Shown here: positions 58,063-64,000 of the stretch, piece by piece
Layout of the letters: the number at the start of each line of letters is the position of its first letter
Numbering within the stretch: position 1 is the stretch's first letter
Assembly: GCA_016839805.1 (NCBI GenBank)
Contig: JAEOTO010000032.1
Location: 128,001-192,000, forward strand
Length of the DNA: 64,000 nt
Direction of reading: 5' to 3'
From: Candidatus Hermodarchaeota archaeon
Lineage (GTDB): Archaea > Asgardarchaeota > Hermodarchaeia > Hermodarchaeales > Hermodarchaeaceae
Made by a program: the position numbers and the translations under genes
Notes under the pieces: model-generated
What the model was told of the DNA's origin: nothing
The model's input: only the letters and a program-made list of their open reading frames with translations
Databases searched by the model: none

Positions 58063-59180
58063 TGAGGATTCTTCTCATTATATTATTAAGTACGGTCTTA
58101 ATTGGTCTACCAGCACCTCTGCCATTTACTCAAACCGGTGCGTTTAGGGGAACACCAATTTTACTAACTGTACAATTAACTAGGCAAAATGGTAGTCCCA
58201 TAGATGATGCAACGGTTCTATTCTTCCATGAAACCCAAAACCAATTTTTAGGAACTGCACAAACGAATGCAACCGGTCATGCCCAATTCATCTGGCAAAT
58301 TCCTGGTACACATGAATTGGGCTTTGTATCGTTGAATGCAACCTTCCGCGGTGACCCTGAAAGATTTCTTCTCCCGAGTATGGTGTCAATTCCATTAACT
58401 GTATTCGCTCGATTGCAAAACATAATTAATATCACCGACACGAATGGTAACCCAATTGGTACGAGTGTAAATATTGGGCAAAAATTACTTTTCAACGTCC
58501 TCATTCAAGACGATCACACAATACCCCTCGAAGGTATTTCAGTTCAACTCCTTATAGAACCTAACCAGCTAATCACCGAAGGTGTTACCACACAAAACGG
58601 AACAGTGCGTCTTAGTTGTATTGTGAATCACACTGTAACCAATGCAGTAACTTTCATAATTCGTAGTGTGAACCAAGGGTTTTACAACGGAACAGAGAAT
58701 CGTTTTCGAGTATCAATAGGAAACACGTCTGTTCAATTAATTGGACTCCCTGCGTTTTGGCTACTAAGATGCAGTCAAAGCATTAGTGGACGATTGTTCC
58801 AAAATGACGGAGAAAGTATTCCTAATGCCACAATTGAATTACTCTCTGAAAGGGAAACGTTGATTGAATATTCAGTAACAGATTCGGAAGGAGTCTTTAG
58901 CTTTAATCTGTGCAATCATATTGAGACGATCCAAGCAAATCGATTTCTAATTTTTCGATACAATGGAGGTGGTGGACATAAAACTACAGAGGTTGTTGTG
59001 GGCATAATTACCGGTTCGACAGAAAATCCATTTTCACAATTCGTAGAAATTATTACACCAGTAGATCTAACAAGAATACTACACCAATTAAGTATAATCA
59101 TCGTTAGTTGTTTAACAATTGGAACAACCCTTATGACCTTGAAAATGAAACGTACAACTAGTCGAATCGTCTCACATTAG
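58062..59180 (+). CDS. Ig-like repeat cell-surface protein with C-terminal TM anchor
   Basis: Signal peptide; NGSPI..TNATG, TTQNG and TDSEG repeats; C-terminal hydrophobic helix plus basic tail. Confidence 0.7.
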   Translation: MRILLIILLSTVLIGLPAPLPFTQTGAFRGTPILLTVQLTRQNGSPIDDATVLFFHETQNQFLGTAQTNATGHAQFIWQIPGTHELGFVSLNATFRGDPERFLLPSMVSIPLTVFARLQNIINITDTNGNPIGTSVNIGQKLLFNVLIQDDHTIPLEGISVQLLIEPNQLITEGVTTQNGTVRLSCIVNHTVTNAVTFIIRSVNQGFYNGTENRFRVSIGNTSVQLIGLPAFWLLRCSQSISGRLFQNDGESIPNATIELLSERETLIEYSVTDSEGVFSFNLCNHIETIQANRFLIFRYNGGGGHKTTEVVVGIITGSTENPFSQFVEIITPVDLTRILHQLSIIIVSCLTIGTTLMTLKMKRTTSRIVSH

Positions 59181-59257
59181 ATTTGTACGTCTCATTGTAG
59201 TACTGTCGAAAACTTAATCGAAGACCGACTCAACATTGACTTGAGGTAGACTACCCT

Positions 59258-60226
59258 ATGTCTGAACATTGGATGTGGACAGAAAAGTATCGACCAATGA
59301 AATTAGATGAAATCGTTGGTCAAGAGCCAATCACTGAACGACTAAAGCAATTCCTCGTGCAACGCGATTTACCACACTTGCTATTTTCAGGTCCTGCAGG
59401 CACTGGCAAGACAACAGCAATAATCGCATTTGCTCACGAGCTATACAAAGAACAATTCCCTGGAAACTTCCTAGAATTGAACGCGTCGGATGAACGAGGA
59501 ATCGATGTCGTACGAAATCGTGTTAAAAACTTTGCACGAACTCGACCATTAGGAGATGCTCCTTTCAAGATTGTTTCTTTAGATGAGGCAGATAGTCTAA
59601 CACGTGACGCACAACACGCTCTTCGAAGAACAATGGAAAGGTTTGTCACCGGTTGCAGATTCTGTCTCATTTGTAATTATTCAAGTAGAATTATTGACCC
59701 CATCCAATCTCGATGTGCAATTTTCCGATTTCCACGTCTTAACAATGAGAAGCTAATAGAAAGAATTAGTTACATTGCAAAAAAAGAGGAGGTCAAGGTT
59801 TCTGAAGAGGGAATTCAAGCCATTCTATATGTATCGGGAGGAGATCTTCGACGAGCTATTAATGTTCTTCAAGCTGCAGCAGTCACCCAAAAACGCGTAG
59901 ATGCTGATGCCGTTTATTCCACGACTGGTAAAGCACGACCGGAAGACATTAGTCAAATGATTAATTCAGCTTTGAACGGAAAATTCCTAGAAGCTCAAGA
60001 AAAGCTTCGAAATCTCTTAATCTGGCAGGGACTAGCTGGAACCGACATTATTCGCCAAGTTCACCGTGAAGTCATCAAACTGGGTATCGATGAAAAAGAC
60101 AAAGTCTATCTAGTTGATATAGTGGGAGAAGCCGAATTCCGTCTTACTGAGGGGGCAGATCCTGAAATACAATTGAGTAATATTCTAGCAAAATTCACCC
60201 AATTAGGAAAATCCAGTGGAAAATAA
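59258..60226 (+). CDS. rfcS: Replication factor C small subunit
   Basis: WTEKYRP, GPAGTGKTT, LELNASDERG, LDEAD, IQSRC, GDLR; no intein. Confidence 0.97.
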   Translation: MSEHWMWTEKYRPMKLDEIVGQEPITERLKQFLVQRDLPHLLFSGPAGTGKTTAIIAFAHELYKEQFPGNFLELNASDERGIDVVRNRVKNFARTRPLGDAPFKIVSLDEADSLTRDAQHALRRTMERFVTGCRFCLICNYSSRIIDPIQSRCAIFRFPRLNNEKLIERISYIAKKEEVKVSEEGIQAILYVSGGDLRRAINVLQAAAVTQKRVDADAVYSTTGKARPEDISQMINSALNGKFLEAQEKLRNLLIWQGLAGTDIIRQVHREVIKLGIDEKDKVYLVDIVGEAEFRLTEGADPEIQLSNILAKFTQLGKSSGK

Positions 60227-60227
60227 G

Positions 60228-61457
60228 ATGATAGCACAACCTTGGGTTGAAAAATACAAACCTCAGAAGATTAGAGATCTTGTAGGAAACAACAAAGCCA
60301 TTGCGAAAATTACCGAATGGCTTCAAGAATGGCCAAAAAGTATCTCTCGTAACCGTCGAGCTCTCATGCTCTATGGGCCTTCTGGCGTAGGTAAAACAAT
60401 AACTGTCTATACTATTGCAAGAGAACTTGGTTTTGAAATAAGTGAAATCAATGCAAGTGTGAAAAGAAGTAAGAAGCGAATGAGTGAATTATTACGAATT
60501 TCTACAATGACATGGACGTTAACCAGTGAACGTGGAAGGCGTGTGTTGGTAGATGAATTAGCAGGTTTAAGTGGTAAATCAGACAGAGGAGCAGCTTCTT
60601 CGTTAAACGAACATATCAAAAACACGCGGGTCCCGATTATTTTGGTCACAAATGATGTTACAGATTCTAAAATCAGACCGTTAAAAAAAATATGTACACT
60701 AATTGAATTTGAACCGTTCGAACCTTCAGAGGTAACTGCAATATTAAAACGTATATGCCGAAAAGAAAAGCTTACTTTTGATGAATCAGGATTAGAATTA
60801 ATTGCGACACACTCTCGTGGTGATATCAGGGCGGCAATTAACGATTTACAGACTATAGCAAGGACTGGAACAAATATTTCAAAAAAGGCAATCCTCGAAC
60901 TAATTAGATCAAGAGATCATACCATTGATATCAGCGAAGTCCTTGATCGTATTTTTTATGCAGAAAGTTGGAACAAAGCTGTGTTTGCTGCCAATCAAAG
61001 TGATGTGTATCCTGATGAGCTGTTAAGATGGGTTAGTAACAATATACCTATTGTCTTTACCGACATAAATCAGCAAGTCAAGGCGTTTGATTTATTGTCT
61101 AAAGCCAGCATCTTTGCAAGTCGAATATCACGCACACAGAATTGGAGATTACTTCCGTACTCCAAGGAACTTATGTGCATAACTGGATCAATAATAGGTG
61201 GAACCCCCACACCAAACCGCGCAAATTATCGCTTTCCCGAATGGATTAGACAAATGGGGTTCTCCCGTGGAGTACGTCAGAAGCGCGCCTCAATAGGACA
61301 GATAATATCTCCTATAGTTCATATGTCAGCTAAGAAAGCTTACAAAGAATACTTGATAGTACTCAAAGCACTTCTCAAAAACCCTCACACCAGATCAACC
61401 TTCATCACAGAACTGGAATTAACTGAGGATTTAATTCAATTTATCCTCAAGGACTGA
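60228..61457 (+). CDS. rfcL: Replication factor C large subunit (probable ATG 60228)
   Basis: PWVEKYKP, GPSGVGKT, EINAS, GDIRAAINDLQ, NWRLLPY. Confidence 0.93.
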   Translation: MIAQPWVEKYKPQKIRDLVGNNKAIAKITEWLQEWPKSISRNRRALMLYGPSGVGKTITVYTIARELGFEISEINASVKRSKKRMSELLRISTMTWTLTSERGRRVLVDELAGLSGKSDRGAASSLNEHIKNTRVPIILVTNDVTDSKIRPLKKICTLIEFEPFEPSEVTAILKRICRKEKLTFDESGLELIATHSRGDIRAAINDLQTIARTGTNISKKAILELIRSRDHTIDISEVLDRIFYAESWNKAVFAANQSDVYPDELLRWVSNNIPIVFTDINQQVKAFDLLSKASIFASRISRTQNWRLLPYSKELMCITGSIIGGTPTPNRANYRFPEWIRQMGFSRGVRQKRASIGQIISPIVHMSAKKAYKEYLIVLKALLKNPHTRSTFITELELTEDLIQFILKD

Positions 61458-61466
61458 ACACCAAAT

Positions 61467-61787
61467 TCACTCGGATTTTTCCCATAGCTCAATGAACCGA
61501 CGAAGCGCCAGGGCCCGTAGATTTTCTATTTTGTACCGATATATCCTAATTCGACCAAACTTCTTCTCTTGGACAAGCTTCGCTTGCTCTAGAAACCGAA
61601 GATGCCTTCTTGTAGTGCTATGATTGAGCTGAGTTCTCCGAGCAATCTCAGATATGTTCAGTTCCCCACACTCCGCTAAAAGGCGAATTATTTTGATTCG
61701 CCCCCGAGAGGAGAAAAGAAGTTCAACTGGAATTGAACGATCGTTGGGAAACTGCCCAAGAAGTGTCGTGCCAGGCACATCACCCAC
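61467..61787 (-). CDS. ArsR-like wHTH protein co-transcribed with cdc6
   Basis: FSSRGRIKII..ELNISEIARRTQLNHSTT..KFGRIRIY. Confidence 0.85.
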   Translation of the reverse strand: MGDVPGTTLLGQFPNDRSIPVELLFSSRGRIKIIRLLAECGELNISEIARRTQLNHSTTRRHLRFLEQAKLVQEKKFGRIRIYRYKIENLRALALRRFIELWEKSE

Positions 61788-61789
61788 GA

Positions 61790-63064
61790 TTAGCCACCTA
61801 CCTTCCTTTTTTCAATTTGTAACTCTAATTCATTCTCTAGAACTGCTGCAGGGATATCCGGAAGTCCAATCAGAGTGGTTTTTCCACGTTGCCCAATCCC
61901 AGAAATCTTTGAAGTTAAAATTCCCAACCCGACAAGTTCCTGAATATATGCCCATACTTGAGTATGAGATCGAGGAGTTTGGTTATACTCTTCACTAACA
62001 AGACCATAACGAGCTTCCAACGCACCAGTTGTCACGTAAGCGTCTTCGGATGGTTTTAATAACCTACACACAGCAAGCAGCAGGAGTTTCTGATGGAACG
62101 ATAAGTCCATGAGGACCTCTCGTCGTATTTCAGGCGTGATAAAGGCCTTCGCACTTCGTACATATTCAGGAAGTATACGAAGAACCCCCTTTTCATCAGC
62201 AACTTTCCCTGCATTATACAGGAGTTCAAGGGCGTATCGAGCATCTCCTGATGCACTCGCGATATCGGCAATCAGATCAATTGTACTTGGAGGAACTGCT
62301 CCATCCAGAACCGCGGCTTTTATGCGAAAATTAAGGATGTCTTGAAGCTGAAGAGGATTGTAACGATTAAACTGTATCATATTCTTCTGCAATGTGCTCC
62401 ACGTACTTGGATCAAGTATGTAACCAAATAGCGGATTACGGCTTATCCCGATTAGTGATATTCGCTGTTGCGCATTCAGCTGATCATCAACCGTACGTGA
62501 TAATAGATAGAGAAGCTCTTCACCACGCCGTTTAAGAAATACACCAAGCTCGTCTAGCGTGATAAGTAGATACAAGTTATGCGTCTCAATGAACTCTAGG
62601 ACAATCGAGAGGAGTTCTTGTGTGGAAAGTCCTCGGAGCGGAACACCCGTTTGGAGTGCCGCGAGAATTTTGTTTAAGATCATATATTCTGTCCGTTCAC
62701 GCCGCGCATTAACGTGAACATAGACCAGATTGAATCCATGGCTCTTTGCGATCTCGGTCAACAGCTTTCCAAAGAGCTTAGTAACTGAAGTCTTTCCCGA
62801 ACCTGTATCACCGACAATCAGAACTTTCTGTGAGAAACGACCCGGCGCTTCGATTACACCACGAAATAGCTGGGTTAACTTACGTAAATGCTCTTCACGG
62901 TGAGGAAGATTGGGAGGAACATAGTCGATAGAGAGCTTTGCTTCATCGATGAACACAGATGGGCGTTGTAATTCATGCCGAATAATTTCCGTTCCAGATC
63001 CCCCCTGCCTTCTCGATCGCAAGTAAAGGTGTCTTTCGATTCCTCCAGCACACGGATTCAGCAC
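61790..63064 (-). CDS. cdc6: Orc1/Cdc6 replication initiator (exact start uncertain)
   Basis: SVF..LSIDYVP..LPHRE, GDTGSGKT, LDE, GDARYAL, C-terminal wHTH (RGKTT). Confidence 0.95.
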   Translation of the reverse strand: MLNPCAGGIERHLYLRSRRQGGSGTEIIRHELQRPSVFIDEAKLSIDYVPPNLPHREEHLRKLTQLFRGVIEAPGRFSQKVLIVGDTGSGKTSVTKLFGKLLTEIAKSHGFNLVYVHVNARRERTEYMILNKILAALQTGVPLRGLSTQELLSIVLEFIETHNLYLLITLDELGVFLKRRGEELLYLLSRTVDDQLNAQQRISLIGISRNPLFGYILDPSTWSTLQKNMIQFNRYNPLQLQDILNFRIKAAVLDGAVPPSTIDLIADIASASGDARYALELLYNAGKVADEKGVLRILPEYVRSAKAFITPEIRREVLMDLSFHQKLLLLAVCRLLKPSEDAYVTTGALEARYGLVSEEYNQTPRSHTQVWAYIQELVGLGILTSKISGIGQRGKTTLIGLPDIPAAVLENELELQIEKRKVGG

Positions 63065-63570
63065 TCTTTCGCAACCAGTATTCCCAGTGGAGTCGTGCTG
63101 ACCACATTGAATTAGTTATTTCATTGTGTGCTCTCCATTCGATTTGGCACTCTCTCACAGAACAAAGAGATTCAGATGAGTCATGAAAGGACCCCCAAGG
63201 GTGTGCCACCACCCCGCTAACGTGTCCTCCGCAGAACCCACCTATGTTTCCAACCCCTACTACATCATGATGTGCTTCTAATCCACATTCACTAAACTTG
63301 AACAGCCTCCAGAACAGGTATCAGACGAAGCTAATGCAAAGGTGTTGGTTCGTCGCATGATTTTTCCCTTCATTCGCCGCACTTTGTTATTCAGAGATTA
63401 GCAGTTTTCCCGACTGCTATACAAGCCTATTCATTACCCGAATGAATTCGAGGACCTTTTGGTATTCGCTGTATTCAGAAAATAGAGCGGGTGTAATAAA
63501 AGAGCAGACAGAGTTGGAGATAAGTGAAAAGAAATCAAAATGCAAGTTCCTTTGATTAGGACATCACCAT

Positions 63571-64000
63571 TCATTCGTTGGTTGTAGGTCCGGAAAAGAC
63601 TCGTGTTTGCAGATATTCGCTCAACACTGTTAGAGCATAACTTGCTAACCGCGAATTATCACACTGACTATACTTATGCCTTCGAAGTTGTGCGGCATTT
63701 AGAATTCGGTTAAGTGTGGTGAAGATTTCACGAGAATCGTTCATGAAGATGGAGATTCGATCTTCGGGAATATCTATTTGTTTCTCAAATGACACTCGAC
63801 CCCTCCAACCCTCATCAAAGAAAAGTATGAGGAACCCAAGAGCAACAACACCTGTTATCAGATATCGCATTTCAACCGGAGTAGCAGGAAGAGAAACCCC
63901 GGCTTGGTCACTTAAAAAAATGATCAATTCCGAACCTGAGAAACTGATTGCAATAATGGCGAGGCCAACAAGAGTAAACATTACACGGATACGTCGACGG
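63571..64000 (-). CDS. Membrane protein, probably truncated by the window edge
   Basis: Two TM segments; the frame is open beyond ATG 63981 to the window end. Confidence 0.5.
   Translation of the reverse strand, partial: RRRIRVMFTLVGLAIIAISFSGSELIIFLSDQAGVSLPATPVEMRYLITGVVALGFLILFFDEGWRGRVSFEKQIDIPEDRISIFMNDSREIFTTLNRILNAAQLRRHKYSQCDNSRLASYALTVLSEYLQTRVFSGPTTNE

Noticed and set aside
62990-63064. Possible second mRNA intron in the odd cdc6 N-terminus
   Set aside because: ATCG/CGAT can pair but there is no inner helix after the bulge and the frame is already open; a later TTG start explains the extension.

Overview
A gene-dense archaeal core-genome segment, most likely from an Asgard archaeon. 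That assignment is inferred from a ribophorin-I homologue, a roadblock/DENN-like/MglA module, Rpo8, eS25 and a diphthamide-less EF-2 paralogue. It carries housekeeping genes (thermosome, rpo6, thiL, ribL/ribK, nfi, translin, tyw1, psmB, rtcA, tgtA, ftsZ-cdrS, fumarase, tfrAB, rfcS/L, cdc6), an N-glycosylation cluster, a Tad/type IV pilus cluster and a membrane VirB4/HerA-type ATPase. All five tRNA genes are interrupted by bulge-helix-bulge (BHB)-type introns: 7 introns in total, 4 of them at non-canonical D- or T-loop positions. Main finding: the EF-2 paralogue, split in two by the ORF track, is one gene interrupted by a 31-nt tRNA-type BHB intron (52577-52607) inside the switch-I RGIT motif. 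Cutting at the canonical BHB sites restores a 690-aa reading frame, which points to mRNA splicing by the tRNA-splicing machinery. Also found: an unlisted VirB2/TrbC-like pilin gene, apparent non-AUG starts and a catalytically dead proteasome beta subunit. No CRISPR array, rRNA or transposase was seen. All family assignments come from motif recognition, not database searches.
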